In this document: in pieces, positions 55,259-64,000 of the stretch | Numbering within the stretch: position 1 is the first letter of the stretch | How the letters are laid out: every line of letters starts with the position of its first letter | Assembly (NCBI RefSeq): GCF_002868845.1 | Contig: NZ_PKUB01000002.1 | Location: 1,037 to 65,036 of the forward strand | Direction of reading: 5' to 3' | DNA length: 64,000 nt | Source: Desulfuromonas sp. | GTDB taxonomy: Bacteria; Desulfobacterota; Desulfuromonadia; Desulfuromonadales; BM501 | Position numbers and translations under genes: made by a program | The notes under the pieces: model-generated | Databases searched by the model: none | Seen by the model: only the letters and a program-made list of their open reading frames with translations | Told to the model about the DNA's origin: nothing

Positions 55259-55618
55259 TCACTCCGCTCCGGGATCGTCCTCCCACAGGCCGAAGTGGTT
55301 CCCCTCGGTATCGAGGCAGACGGCGAAGTAGCCCATCCCCTTGACCGCCATTTTCGGTACCACGACCCGGCCGCCCAAAGATTCCACCCTGGCGGAGTCC
55401 TGGTCCACCGAGGCCACGTCGATGTAGTTGGTAATCGTCTGCCGCGGATGGCGGCGCGCCATCATGCCGCCTTCGACCGGCTTTTCCCCGCTGGTGGTGA
55501 TCATCCAGTAGCCGCCGCCGGCAAACTCCTCGACCTTCCAGCCAAACAGCTCCGTGTAGAATGTCCTGGCCCGCCCGACGTCATCGGCCGGGATCTCGAA
55601 GTGAACAACCGTCGCCAT
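55259..55618 (-). CDS. VOC (glyoxalase/bleomycin-resistance) family protein
   Basis: 119 aa. VVHFEIPADDVGRARTFYTELFGW and GYFAVCLDTEGNHFGLWE. Confidence 0.8.
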   Translation of the reverse strand: MATVVHFEIPADDVGRARTFYTELFGWKVEEFAGGGYWMITTSGEKPVEGGMMARRHPRQTITNYIDVASVDQDSARVESLGGRVVVPKMAVKGMGYFAVCLDTEGNHFGLWEDDPGAE

Positions 55619-55727
55619 AGCCCTGCCCCCTTTCCCCTCGTCCTGGAATATCGCGTCCCTTTACCTATAGACGCTGGCGGACAAAGGTCAAGGGACACCG
55701 GAAGAGTCGGGGAGGGCCAGGCGCCCC

Positions 55728-56636
55728 TCAGGCCGGTTTCCCCAGCCGGTAGTGCTGAATCGCCAGCCCCTGTCCGGGACGGGCCTCGGGGAAGCCGGGG
55801 CCGGCGTCATGGCTGCCGAGCAGCCTCGCCCGGGGGACCAGCTCGGCAAAGAGCCCGTCGAGAAAGGCGGGGAGCAGGTGGGGCGTGCTGAGGCAGGCCA
55901 GCACCTCCCCTTCCCCGCTCAGCAGTTCGGGGAGGCGGCGGACCAGCTTGGGCCAGTGGCTCTCGGCGGTAAAGCTTTTTCCCTGGGTCGCCGGGGGGTC
56001 GCAGACCACCAGGTCGAAGGGACCCAGCCGGCGCAGCCGACCGAAGCTGCGGAACAGCTCCAGGGACAGGAAGCTCGCCCGGCGCGGATCGAGGCCGTTG
56101 ATGCGGTGGTTGAGGCGGCCCAGCTCCAGCGCCCCCCGGTTCATGTCCAGGTTGACCACCTGCTGCGCCCCGCCGGCCAGGGCCGCCACCGAGAAGCTGC
56201 AGCTGTAGGCGAATAGGTTGAGCACCCGTTTTCCCTCCGCCCTCTCCCGCACCAGTCGGCGCCCCGCCGCCATGTCCGGGAAGAAGCCTATGTTCTGCGC
56301 CTCCCCGAGGCGCAGCCGGTAGCGCAGGCCCTCCTCCAGGGCCTCCACCGTCTCCGGCAGCGTCCCCCACAACAGCCGGCTCGGCGCCCCCGCCCGGCAG
56401 CGCTCCTGAAGCAGGACCGCCTCCGTCTCCGGAAGCTCCGCCAGCAGCAGCTCGGTCAGCTCGTCCAGCCATTTTTGGGAACGTTCGCGATACAGGACCA
56501 CCAGGACCACCGGCGCGAAGGAGTCGATGGTCAGGTCGGCGTAACCCTCGAAGGTCTGCCCCCGGCCGTGAAAGAGGCGGCGGGCCTCGCCGGAGCGGGG
56601 CAGGTGTCTGCGGATTTCGTTTTGGATGGTCTGCAT
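55728..56636 (-). CDS. class I SAM-dependent RNA methyltransferase (RlmI/YccW-like)
   Basis: 302 aa. VLNLFAYSCSFSVAALAGGA, VVNLDMN, FDLVVCDPP. Confidence 0.72.
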   Translation of the reverse strand: MQTIQNEIRRHLPRSGEARRLFHGRGQTFEGYADLTIDSFAPVVLVVLYRERSQKWLDELTELLLAELPETEAVLLQERCRAGAPSRLLWGTLPETVEALEEGLRYRLRLGEAQNIGFFPDMAAGRRLVRERAEGKRVLNLFAYSCSFSVAALAGGAQQVVNLDMNRGALELGRLNHRINGLDPRRASFLSLELFRSFGRLRRLGPFDLVVCDPPATQGKSFTAESHWPKLVRRLPELLSGEGEVLACLSTPHLLPAFLDGLFAELVPRARLLGSHDAGPGFPEARPGQGLAIQHYRLGKPA

Positions 56637-56673
56637 GGGGGAATGATTGGAAAAAGAAAGGGATTAAGTCCCC

Positions 56674-56919
56674 TTATCGGTTTTCGGTGCCCGGCTCGCC
56701 TGCGGGTTCTGCGGTTTCGGGACCGGCTTCGGCGGAGGCCTGAACCCTGCCGACCTGGCCGTCTTCGAGGCGGACCTTGATTCCCCGGGAGTGGTAGGGG
56801 GCCTTGGTGAGGAGGTCTCTGACGATCCCCTCGGTCCGCCGGCCGGTGCGCTGGTCCTTTTTCAGCACGATCGCCACCGCCATGCCCGGCTGGATCTCTT
56901 TTCTATGCCGTCCGTCCAT
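56674..56919 (-). CDS. YwbE-family protein (DUF2196)
   Basis: 81 aa. IQPGMAVAIVLKKDQRTGRRTEGIVRDLLTKAPYHSRGIKVRLEDGQVGRVQ. Confidence 0.78.
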   Translation of the reverse strand: MDGRHRKEIQPGMAVAIVLKKDQRTGRRTEGIVRDLLTKAPYHSRGIKVRLEDGQVGRVQASAEAGPETAEPAGEPGTENR

Positions 56920-56973
56920 CGGCGTGAAACCTTTCGGTTCTAGATCTCTCGAAGGTTGAATCGAGACAATGCT

Positions 56974-57024
56974 AAATCGGCCTCTCGCCCGTTCGCATTC
57001 GCTCTCTCAAGTCGCAAAGAAAAG
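56974..57024 (+). repeat. intergenic repeat family 2, copy B
   Basis: AAATCGGCCTCTCGCCCGTTCGCATTCGCTCTCTCAAGTCGCAAAGAAAAG. Matches 34714..34771. Confidence 0.75.
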
Positions 57025-57164
57025 CATTGAGATCCGATTTATTGCCCTTCTTGACGCCTTTGCGGCTTTACGCGAGACGAGATGTTTGGTTTTTCCGGAT
57101 TCCTCTGTGCCCTCTGCGCCTCTGTGTCAACAACCTCTGCTTCGGCCGCAGGTCCGAAACCTTC

Positions 57165-57419
57165 CTACCCGCCCTGCCCGCCGACGAGGGCCAGCTTGCC
57201 CTGCCGGGGCAGGCGCTTGATCGCCATCTCCCGGCGGGTCGCCTCGCCCCGCGACGTCGCCTGCTCCCGGTAGAGGAGTTCGACCGGAAGGCGGCCCCGG
57301 GTGTACTTGGCGCCGCGCCCTTCGGCGTGGGTCCGCAGCCGCATCTCCAGGTCGTTGGTGATGCCCGTGTAAAGCGTATCGTCGGCGCAGCGCAGAATGT
57401 AGACGTACCAAGGTTTCAT
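57165..57419 (-). CDS. GIY-YIG nuclease-family protein (UPF0213)
   Basis: 84 aa. WYVYILRCADDTLYTGITNDLEMRLRTHAEGRGAKYTRGR. Confidence 0.85.
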   Translation of the reverse strand: MKPWYVYILRCADDTLYTGITNDLEMRLRTHAEGRGAKYTRGRLPVELLYREQATSRGEATRREMAIKRLPRQGKLALVGGQGG

Positions 57420-57433
57420 GATCGAAAGAAACC

Positions 57434-58159
57434 TCAGGAGCGGCCCCTGGCCCTCGCCGGTTTCGCCCTTCCCGTACGGGGCGACGGCATCTTCGCCAGG
57501 TAGACCACGTGGCGCAGCCCCCCCCGTCCGGGCCGCTCGCTCGTCACCGAAAATCCGGCGGCCTTCAGGCGCTTGTCGAAACCGGCGTCGAAATTCTCGC
57601 CCCACACGGCGAAGACCCCGCCGGGGCGGAGGGCGGCCCGGGTTGCCTCGATGGCCCTGCTGCCGTAGAGGGGATCGTCGCGCTTGTGGGAGCCGGCGTG
57701 GGGACCGGTGTAGAGATCGAGGACGACGGCGTCGAAGCCCTCCGCCCCGGCGCCGACGGCGGAACGGCGGATAAGGTCGGCGACGTCGGTGATCTCCACC
57801 GTCACCCGGGGATCGGTCGCGGCGCCCCCGGTGAGCCCCGCCAGGGGGCCCCGGCACCATTCCAGGACGACGGGGTTGAGCTCCGCGACGACGACCTTGG
57901 CGGCAGCGGGCAAGGTATCGAGGACCGCTTTCAGTGTAAAGCCCATGCCGAGGCCGCCGACCAGCACCCGCGGGGCGGGGTGCCCCTTCAGGTGTCTGCA
58001 GGCGAGTTCTCCGAGGACGACCTAGGAGCGGTGGGCCAGGCTGTTCATGAGGACCCGCCCGCCGACGGTGATGAGGAAGTCCCGCTCGCCGCGCTGGCGC
58101 AGCTCGAGGGCGCCTTCGGCCGTGGGGACGTTGTCGATGGTTTTCCAGGGCTGGGCCAT
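57434..58159 (-). pseudogene. spermidine-synthase-like methyltransferase interrupted by in-frame TAG at 58022-58024
   Basis: ORF 58022..58270 reads (from ATG 58159) MAQPWKTIDNVPTAEGALELRQRGERDFLITVGGRVLMNSLAHRS. ORF 57434..57967 is in the same frame. Through the TAG the frame reads VVLGELACRHLKGHPAPRVLVGGLGMGFTL, the SAM-binding motif. Confidence 0.7.
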
Positions 58160-58285
58160 GGGGGAGGACCTCGTGGAAAATGGTTGGCTTAAAAGAGGGG
58201 GGATTCTAGCACAGGGGGCGCAGGGGGAAAAGGGACGGTTCTTTAATCCGCGAAGGCAAGCCCGGATCATTGCGTCAGGGCGACC

Positions 58286-58768
58286 TCAACGAACCTCGAC
58301 GATCTCCCACTCCCGCTTCGAAGCGCCGCTCCGCATCTCCACGACGTCCCCCGCCTCCTTGCCGAGCAGCTCCCGTCCGACGGGGGAGTCGGGGGTGATG
58401 ACGACGATCTCGCCGCCGCCCTTTTCGACCTTCAGGCCGCCGGACTGGGGACCGATGAAGAGCGTCTTCCGGTTGCCGTCCCCGTCCTCCAGGGTGACCA
58501 GGGCGGAAAGACGGATGGGGGCGTCATCGGGGAAATCGAGCAGCGGGAGCTTGCGGTAGGCCTCCAGGGCGCAGCGGATCTCCTGGGCCCGGTTCGCCTG
58601 GGCCTGGGCGATGTAGGAGGCCTCCAGGGCGAGGGTGGCGTACTTGTTGTCGGGGACGTTCTCCTCATGGGTGGAGGCCTGGTGGGCCGTCTTCGCCGCC
58701 TGCAGCAGAAGATCCAGATCCCCGGAGAGTTTCTTGACGATATGTTGGAGAATGCGTTCCTTGTTCAC
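58286..58768 (-). CDS. GreA/GreB-family transcription elongation factor-like protein
   Basis: GTG 58768 follows GGAGAGACGGA. N-terminal coiled coil. C-terminal domain: VTLEDGDGNRKTLFIGPQSGG...ITPDSPVGRELLGKEAGDVVE. Confidence 0.68.
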   Translation of the reverse strand: MNKERILQHIVKKLSGDLDLLLQAAKTAHQASTHEENVPDNKYATLALEASYIAQAQANRAQEIRCALEAYRKLPLLDFPDDAPIRLSALVTLEDGDGNRKTLFIGPQSGGLKVEKGGGEIVVITPDSPVGRELLGKEAGDVVEMRSGASKREWEIVEVR

Positions 58769-58788
58769 GGCGTCCGTCTCTCCGCGCC

Positions 58789-59457
58789 CTACGGAGCGCC
58801 CTGCTCTTCGGCCCGCTCTTTCAGGAAGGCCGGAACCCTGACCTTCTTGACCGCCGCCAGGGAGCGCATCAGGTCGAAGGGAACGTGGCGGAAGCCGTAG
58901 GCGCGCCTCAGGTCCTCTTCCATCCTCAACCACAGGTGGCCGGTCATCTCCGCATCGGCCAGGGCGCGGTGAAAACTGCCGTCGGTCGGCAGCCCCTTGT
59001 GGCGGACCAGGGTCGCCAGCTTGTGGTTGGGGGCCTCGGGGTAGACCCGGCGGGCGGCCAGCATGGAGCAGGCGAAATCCTGCCGCCGGCGCCTGCGGAT
59101 CCGGTCCAGCTCGGCGTCGAGAAACCGGCTGTCGAAAGAGGCGTTGTGGGCCACCAGGGGACGGTCGCCGATGAAGTGGTGGAACGCCTCCATGACCTGG
59201 GCCGCCGGCGGGGCTCCCTGCACCATGGCGTTGGTGATGCCGGTGTAGTTCTCGATGAAAGAGCTGATCCGGATGCCCGGGTTCATCAGGCTCTGGTAGC
59301 GCTCGACGATCTCCCCCCCGCGCAGCACCACGGCGCCGATCTCGATGGCGCGGTCCCCCGAAAGGGGCGAAACCCCGCTCGTCTCGAAATCGAGGACCAC
59401 GACCTCCGCCCCGTCGCACCCGCCCGATGTCCCTCCCTGCCCCATTTCCGCCATCAT
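58789..59457 (-). CDS. DEDD 3'-5' exonuclease (DNA polymerase III epsilon-like)
   Basis: 222 aa. VVVLDFETSG (Exo I), LVAHNASFDSRFL (Exo II), HRALADAEMT (Exo III). Confidence 0.85.
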   Translation of the reverse strand: MMAEMGQGGTSGGCDGAEVVVLDFETSGVSPLSGDRAIEIGAVVLRGGEIVERYQSLMNPGIRISSFIENYTGITNAMVQGAPPAAQVMEAFHHFIGDRPLVAHNASFDSRFLDAELDRIRRRRRQDFACSMLAARRVYPEAPNHKLATLVRHKGLPTDGSFHRALADAEMTGHLWLRMEEDLRRAYGFRHVPFDLMRSLAAVKKVRVPAFLKERAEEQGAP

Positions 59458-59469
59458 CGCCGTCTCCCC

Positions 59470-60456
59470 CTAGAGCGCCTGCAGGGGCGGCTCGTTGAGG
59501 GCCGCGAGCTGCTCGCGCAGGTGCAGGATGTGCTCGCCCCAGTAGCGGACCGTGTTGAACCAGGGGAAGTGCCGGGGAAAGGCCGGGTCGTCCCAGCGCC
59601 GGGCCAGCCAGGCGGCGTAGTGGAGCATGCGCAGGGTGCGCAGGGCCTCAATCAGGCGCAGCTCCCGGGGATCGAAGTCGAAGAACTCGCCGTAACCCTC
59701 GAGGATTTCCGAGAGCTGGGCGGTCTGGCGGGGCCGATCCCCCGAAAGCATCATCCAGATGTCCTGCACCGCCGGGGCCATCCGCGCGTCGTCCAGGTCG
59801 ACGAGGTGGGGGGCGCCGTCGCACCAAAGGATATTGCCCGCGTGGCAGTCGCCGTGGGTGCGGAGATAGCGCATCCCGTCGGCCCCGTCCATGGCCTCGT
59901 CGACGGCCCGCAGCAGGTCGGCGCTGAGGGCGTCGTAGCTCGCCTTGTACTCGGGCGGGATGAACCGCTCGCCGATCAGGGCCACGCTATCGTGGCCGAA
60001 AGTGACGCTGTCCAGGCGCGGGCGGTGCTCGAAGGGGCGGACGGCGCCGACCGCGTGGAGCCGGCCGAGGGTCCGTCCCAGGATGAGCAGGTTGTCGAGG
60101 TTGTCGAACTCGGGGGCGTGCCCGCCCTGGCGGGGGTAGAGGGCGAAGCGGAAGCCGCGGTAGTGGAACACGGTCTCCCCCGCGTCGTTGGCCAGGGGAG
60201 CGACGACCGGCAGCTCGCAGCCGACCAGCTCATGGCAGAAGCGGTGCTCCTCGGCGATCTGCGCGTCGCTCCAGCGCGCCGGTCGGTAAAACTTGGCGAT
60301 GAGCGGCGGGCCGTCCTCGATGCCGACCTGGTAGACCCGGTTCTCGTAGCTGTTCAGGGCGAGGGTGCGGCAGTCGCAGACGTACCCCTGGCTTTCAACG
60401 GCATCCATGATGAAGCCGGGGGTCAGAATTTCGAAAGGATGGGAGGTCTCGGTCAT
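59470..60456 (-). CDS. srkA: stress-response serine/threonine kinase SrkA (YihE)
   Basis: Internal ATG of ORF 59470..60543 gives 328 aa. LNSYENRVYQ, KFYRPARWS, LHGDCHAGNILW-type (THGDCHAGNILW), DLDDARMAPAVQDIWMML, and FPWFNTVRYW. Colinear with E. coli YihE as I recall it. Confidence 0.82.
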   Translation of the reverse strand: MTETSHPFEILTPGFIMDAVESQGYVCDCRTLALNSYENRVYQVGIEDGPPLIAKFYRPARWSDAQIAEEHRFCHELVGCELPVVAPLANDAGETVFHYRGFRFALYPRQGGHAPEFDNLDNLLILGRTLGRLHAVGAVRPFEHRPRLDSVTFGHDSVALIGERFIPPEYKASYDALSADLLRAVDEAMDGADGMRYLRTHGDCHAGNILWCDGAPHLVDLDDARMAPAVQDIWMMLSGDRPRQTAQLSEILEGYGEFFDFDPRELRLIEALRTLRMLHYAAWLARRWDDPAFPRHFPWFNTVRYWGEHILHLREQLAALNEPPLQAL

Positions 60457-60691
60457 CGTCTCAACTATATGCGGGTCAGAGGCCAAAAAGCGGCGGGCCG
60501 GTTCCCTCTCTCTTTCGGCCGCCCCCGTCAGTCTGACCCGCATTCCCCCCGCGGGGCAAGGAAAAACTTCTTCCGGACGGCCTGTCGGGGAGAAGGGGAA
60601 GAGCCAGTCGCTTGATCCCCTACATTATTTTTTGTATATTAGTAAAACCACACCACGTGTTGGGGACCCTTTCCGTTCATAGGAGACTGGG

Positions 60692-61042
60692 ATGACCGCC
60701 TTGACTGACTGTGTGAAAAAGCTGTTCAAGAGGGAGGAGGCACACTGCCTCGGCTGCGGCGACTGCTGCAGGGAATTCAGCTGGCACCTGCACGCCTCGG
60801 ACGCTGACATCGAGCGCTGGCAGCGCCTCGGGCGAGACGACCTGCTGGCCCGGGTCAACCGGCTCGGCTGGATCTGGGTCGACCCGGAGACGAAGGAGCG
60901 CCTCCCCCTCTGCCCCTTCCTGGTGGAGACGGCGTCGGGCCAGGCCCACTGCGGCATCCACGAGATCAAGCCCGACATCTGCCGCGCCTACCCCACCCTG
61001 GCGCACAACCGCTGCTGCATGAAAGGGATCTTTATTCACTAG
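60692..61042 (+). CDS. YkgJ-family cysteine-cluster protein
   Basis: 116 aa. CLGCGDCC motif, LCPFL, CGIHEIKPDICRAYP. Confidence 0.75.
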   Translation: MTALTDCVKKLFKREEAHCLGCGDCCREFSWHLHASDADIERWQRLGRDDLLARVNRLGWIWVDPETKERLPLCPFLVETASGQAHCGIHEIKPDICRAYPTLAHNRCCMKGIFIH

Positions 61043-61153
61043 CCCCCCGATACCCCTCTGACGCCCGGAAGAAATGCGATACAATGAGCGGCAAGGTCCG
61101 TTACCGGACCCTGCCGCCTTTTCGTTGTGCCCACCCTGTTCAGGAGTCTGAGA

Positions 61154-62146
61154 ATGAAGTCTGTCGGCCTGCTGGTACTGATGATCACAGGCGTTTGCTG
61201 GCTGTTCGCGGCGGCCGCCCCGGCGAAGGACCGGGAAGAGACGTTCGCCGCCTGGCTGGAGGACCTCCGCGCCGAGGCGCTCGCCGCCGATATCTCGCCC
61301 AAGACCATCGATGCGGCCCTGGCCACCGTCGAGGCGCCCCTGCCGCGGGTGATCGAGAAGGACAAAAAGCAGCCGGAGAAGACCCAGTCGCTGCAGGACT
61401 ACGTTTCGGCCCGGGTCAACGAAGAGCGCATTGCCGAGGGACGCAAGATGCTCAGTCGCTATCCGACCTGGCTGGGCCGGGTCGAGCGGAAGTACGGCGT
61501 GCAGAGGCGCTTCCTCGTGGCCCTTTGGGGCATCGAAACCACCTACGGCAAGTACTCCGGGCGCCACCCGGTCATCCAGGCGCTGGCGACCCTGGCCTAC
61601 GAAGGGCGCCGCGGCCCCTACTTCCGCCGGGAACTGCTAGACGCCCTGCGCATCCTCGATGAAGGGCACATCCCCCTGGAGGAGATGAAAGGCTCCTGGG
61701 CCGGGGCCATGGGGCAGTGCCAGTTCATGCCCTCCTCCTTTCGGAACTACGCGGTCGACGGCGACGGCGACGGCCACATCGACATCTGGAACTCGGTCCC
61801 CGACGTGCTGGCCTCGGCCGCCAACTACCTGAAACGCGCCCGCTGGAAGGACGACCAGACCTGGGGGCGGCCGGTGAGGCTGCCGAAGAATCAAGACCTT
61901 AGCAACCTGGCCGGGCTGGCAACCCGCCTCCCCCTGTCGCGCTGGCAGAAACTCGGGGTGAGACGCAGCAACGGAGGAGCCCTGCCCCGGCGCGACCTCG
62001 AGGCCTCGCTGATCCTGCCCGACGGCGCGGACGGGACGGCCTACCTGGTTTATGACAATTTCCGGTCGCTGCGCAGATGGAACAAGTCCAACGCCTTTGC
62101 CGTCACGGTCGGGACCCTGGCCGACCGGATTGCCACGCCGAGGTAA
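61154..62146 (+). CDS. lytic murein transglycosylase (MltB family)
   Basis: ATG 61154 follows CAGGAG, with a signal peptide. ALWGIETTYG, GSWAGAMGQCQFMPSSF, DGDGDGHIDIW, SAANYL. Confidence 0.85.
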   Translation: MKSVGLLVLMITGVCWLFAAAAPAKDREETFAAWLEDLRAEALAADISPKTIDAALATVEAPLPRVIEKDKKQPEKTQSLQDYVSARVNEERIAEGRKMLSRYPTWLGRVERKYGVQRRFLVALWGIETTYGKYSGRHPVIQALATLAYEGRRGPYFRRELLDALRILDEGHIPLEEMKGSWAGAMGQCQFMPSSFRNYAVDGDGDGHIDIWNSVPDVLASAANYLKRARWKDDQTWGRPVRLPKNQDLSNLAGLATRLPLSRWQKLGVRRSNGGALPRRDLEASLILPDGADGTAYLVYDNFRSLRRWNKSNAFAVTVGTLADRIATPR

Positions 62147-62175
62147 CGGGAAAACCTTCGGGAAGAGCAGGCATG

Positions 62176-62216
62176 AAAAAAGAGCGCCATGGCCGATCGG
62201 GCCATGGCGCTCTTTG
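62176..62216. terminator. bidirectional intrinsic terminator
   Basis: 14-bp stem AGAGCGCCATGGCC / GGCCATGGCGCTCT flanked by A6 and TTT. Lies between convergent mltB-like and DUF1456 genes. Confidence 0.7.
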
Positions 62217-62394
62217 CTGGGCAGGCATTTCCGACGACGTCTTAAACAGGCATCAGGTCCCGATATTTTGAAGCAGTCCTCTTCCCTCACATGGGTCTTG
62301 TCTTCTTCGGTTTTGTTGAAAAGTGGCCGAACAAGACCCGCCCCACCTGCATGCAATACTTGTCCGCTCCGACGATCCCCAATCTACCTGTCTT

Positions 62395-62874
62395 TCAAAC
62401 CTGATCGGCCTGTACTTGATCGCGATATTTAACCTGCATTCCTTTTAAAAAATTTCGCAGGATCTGGTCCTTACAGGTTCGGTAATTCTTGTTGTTCGGA
62501 TTCCGAAAAAATGCGCTGAGTTCGTGCTTGCCCAGGCGAAATTGCGCCAGGCCCATAATCTCCAGGATGTCTTCATCCTTCAGGTTCAAGGCGACCTTCA
62601 ATTTCCTGAAAATGATGTTGTTGTTCAGGCTTTTTTCCGGGACCGGCTGCGGCCCTTCTTTTTTGCCTCGCCTGTCGGTAATGAAACCATTCAGAAAGGT
62701 TGCGAATATCCGATCGTTGCATTTCTGATACGCGGGATCATCGTCTTTTTTCAACCAATCGCTGATCTGTTCCCGCGTCACCTGAAGGTCGGCCAGGCCG
62801 AACAGGGCGATCATTTTCGAATCGTCCAAATCGAACACATAGCGGATGCGGCGCAAAATATCGTTATTGGTCAC
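62395..62874 (-). CDS. DUF1456 (YehS-family) protein
   Basis: 159 aa. Duplicated NDILRRIRY / NNIIFRKLKVAL modules as in E. coli YehS. The gene is visibly more AT-rich than its surroundings. Confidence 0.78.
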   Translation of the reverse strand: MTNNDILRRIRYVFDLDDSKMIALFGLADLQVTREQISDWLKKDDDPAYQKCNDRIFATFLNGFITDRRGKKEGPQPVPEKSLNNNIIFRKLKVALNLKDEDILEIMGLAQFRLGKHELSAFFRNPNNKNYRTCKDQILRNFLKGMQVKYRDQVQADQV

Positions 62875-63033
62875 AGGCGTACTCCGATCTGGATTGCCAT
62901 TAGAAGCCCTAGGCGCCGTTGTCCCTTCGGCCCGAACCGGTTTCCTCTTCCACGTTCCGAATGCCCGGGAATCCCCGCAGGAAAAAACCGTCTGCCCGGT
63001 GGTGATGCTCGGGGCCCGAAGCCCCTATCCTTC

Positions 63034-63450
63034 TTATACGCTCTCGTCGCGCGGCCCGACCCAGAAGAAAGGGTTATGGGCGACCTCCCACAGGTGGCCG
63101 TCCGGGTCTTTGAAGTAGCCGCTGTAGCCGCCCCAAAACACCTTCTGCGGTTTTTTCACCAGGGTTGCGCCAGCCTCGATGGCCTGGCGCATGACCTCGT
63201 CCACCCCCGCCTCCGACGAGACGTTGTGGGCAAGGGTAAACGACTCGAACCCATGACCGTCCGCCGAGACCGTCGCATCCTCAGCCAGCGCCTCGCGGCC
63301 ATACAACCCCAGCCAGGTTCCGTTCAGGGTGAAGAAGGCCACTGTCGGGGGAGATTCCATTCGAGGAAAGCCTAGGCCCTCTTCGTAGAATTTCACGGAG
63401 GTCGCAAGGTCCCGAACACCGAGGGTAATCATGCTGATGCGAGGTTTCAT
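63034..63450 (-). CDS. VOC (glyoxalase) family protein
   Basis: 138 aa. ISMITLGVRDLATSVKFYEEGLGF, GGYSGYFKDPDGHLWEVAHNP. Confidence 0.82.
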   Translation of the reverse strand: MKPRISMITLGVRDLATSVKFYEEGLGFPRMESPPTVAFFTLNGTWLGLYGREALAEDATVSADGHGFESFTLAHNVSSEAGVDEVMRQAIEAGATLVKKPQKVFWGGYSGYFKDPDGHLWEVAHNPFFWVGPRDESV

Positions 63451-63714
63451 TCGCAGCTGGCCCTCTTTGGCTTAGAGCGTGTATGAAGGAGAACCACTGA
63501 TGATTTTTTTCATTGTACAAGCTCATTCCGGAGGCGGCGACTCTTGCGCTTCTGGCCACAAGGCATTCTATGCGCTATGGCCATGCCATTCAAGCGCCTT
63601 ATCGTGGAGGCCCAACTGACGCCAACGCGTTGAAGAGCGACCGATTTTTGATCCTCGCATTTTTCTTATATTCCGGGCCGGTGCTCGACTTTGGCACTGA
63701 GCAGGGGGACCCGA

Positions 63715-63744
63715 TTGACACCTGGAAATATTTTGTGCTAGAAT
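63715..63744 (+). promoter_or_regulatory. sigma-70-type promoter with extended -10
   Basis: TTGACA (63715-63720), an 18-nt spacer ending in TGC, then TAGAAT (63739-63744). 45 nt upstream of ATG 63790. Confidence 0.5.
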
Positions 63745-63789
63745 CATTCGCGTACGAAACATTTTAACTGAAAACAAGAAAAGACCCCG

Positions 63790-64000
63790 ATGAGCGACCC
63801 CTCAGAGCAAAAAAGCGAACAATCCGAATCGGGGCCCGAGAAGGGCCTTTCCAGTGATCGCTCACAAAAAATCAAAGTCCTGCCGGGGCCCGGGAACACC
63901 CCGCAGGTCCCCAAGGGCAGCTATGAACTGCGGGTTCTTCAATCTCTTCGCAGAATCATTCGGGCGGTAGAGATCCATTCCAAAAAACTGGCCCAGAACC
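63790..64000 (+). CDS. MarR-family-like transcriptional regulator, N-terminal part (runs off the right edge)
   Basis: My translation: MSDPSEQKSEQSESGPEKGL...YELRVLQSLRRIIRAVEIHSKKLAQN. The last block resembles the start of MarR-type wHTH regulators. Confidence 0.55.
   Translation, partial: MSDPSEQKSEQSESGPEKGLSSDRSQKIKVLPGPGNTPQVPKGSYELRVLQSLRRIIRAVEIHSKKLAQN

Noticed and set aside
53100-55891. Very long ORFs (728 aa minus strand; 830 aa plus strand, off-frame) across ilvB. Similar long ORFs lie at 9079..10848, 17776..20067, 21592..23709, 40367..41722 and 49655..51523
   Set aside because: These are shadow ORFs typical of high-GC DNA. They have Arg/Pro/Gly-rich low-complexity products and overlap genes with clear family signatures in another frame or strand.

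Overview
High-GC bacterial chromosomal segment. The gene repertoire looks Desulfuromonadales/Geobacter-like, but that is inference from gene content; no search was possible. About 60 genes can be supported.

Main blocks:
- 0-3.5 kb: partial multihaem cytochrome c, a TolB-like lipoprotein, selU, and an initiator tRNA-fMet with its own promoter and terminator.
- 3.6-10.9 kb: PAS histidine kinase, then an ANTAR response regulator-draT-draG operon plus a class-V aminotransferase.
- 11-15.2 kb: M19 dipeptidase, Trm112-fused methyltransferase, and a B12-binding radical SAM enzyme with a PqqD-like tail.
- 15.4-36 kb:
  - macro-domain protein;
  - giant NHL/FN3/transglutaminase-like/TPR protein;
  - cyclic-nucleotide genes (CHASE2 cyclase, GAF-GGDEF, class-II-like phosphodiesterase, PilZ, membrane GGDEF);
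  - uvsE, a PpsA-like phosphotransferase, an FKBP PPIase and cowN.
- 38.6-45.8 kb: nifH-nifD-nifK-nifX-ferredoxin III-nifX-like-nifB, followed by modE-modC-modA-modB at 45.9-49.2 kb.
- 49.6-64 kb: housekeeping and miscellaneous genes, including ilvB preceded by a Val-rich leader peptide and attenuator.

No transposase, integrase, CRISPR array or recognisable defence system was seen.

Most noteworthy observations:
1. Five well-conserved genes are each interrupted by a single in-frame TAA or TAG with the reading frame preserved.
2. Sigma-54-type promoters are followed by intrinsic terminators in the nifH and nifB leaders. The nifB leader also has an ANTAR-type dual hexaloop hairpin. Together with the ANTAR regulator in the window this fits the published Geobacter GnfK/GnfR antitermination paradigm.
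3. A family of tandem heptanucleotide repeats (TGACRRN/GACAACT) occupies the intercistronic spacers of the nif and dra operons, including a perfect 13-copy array.
4. A candidate -1 frameshift site (A_AAA_AAC) lies inside a small gene.
5. There is a possible RiPP-like radical SAM cluster.

All family assignments come from motif recognition by eye. Start codons are best guesses from RBS context.
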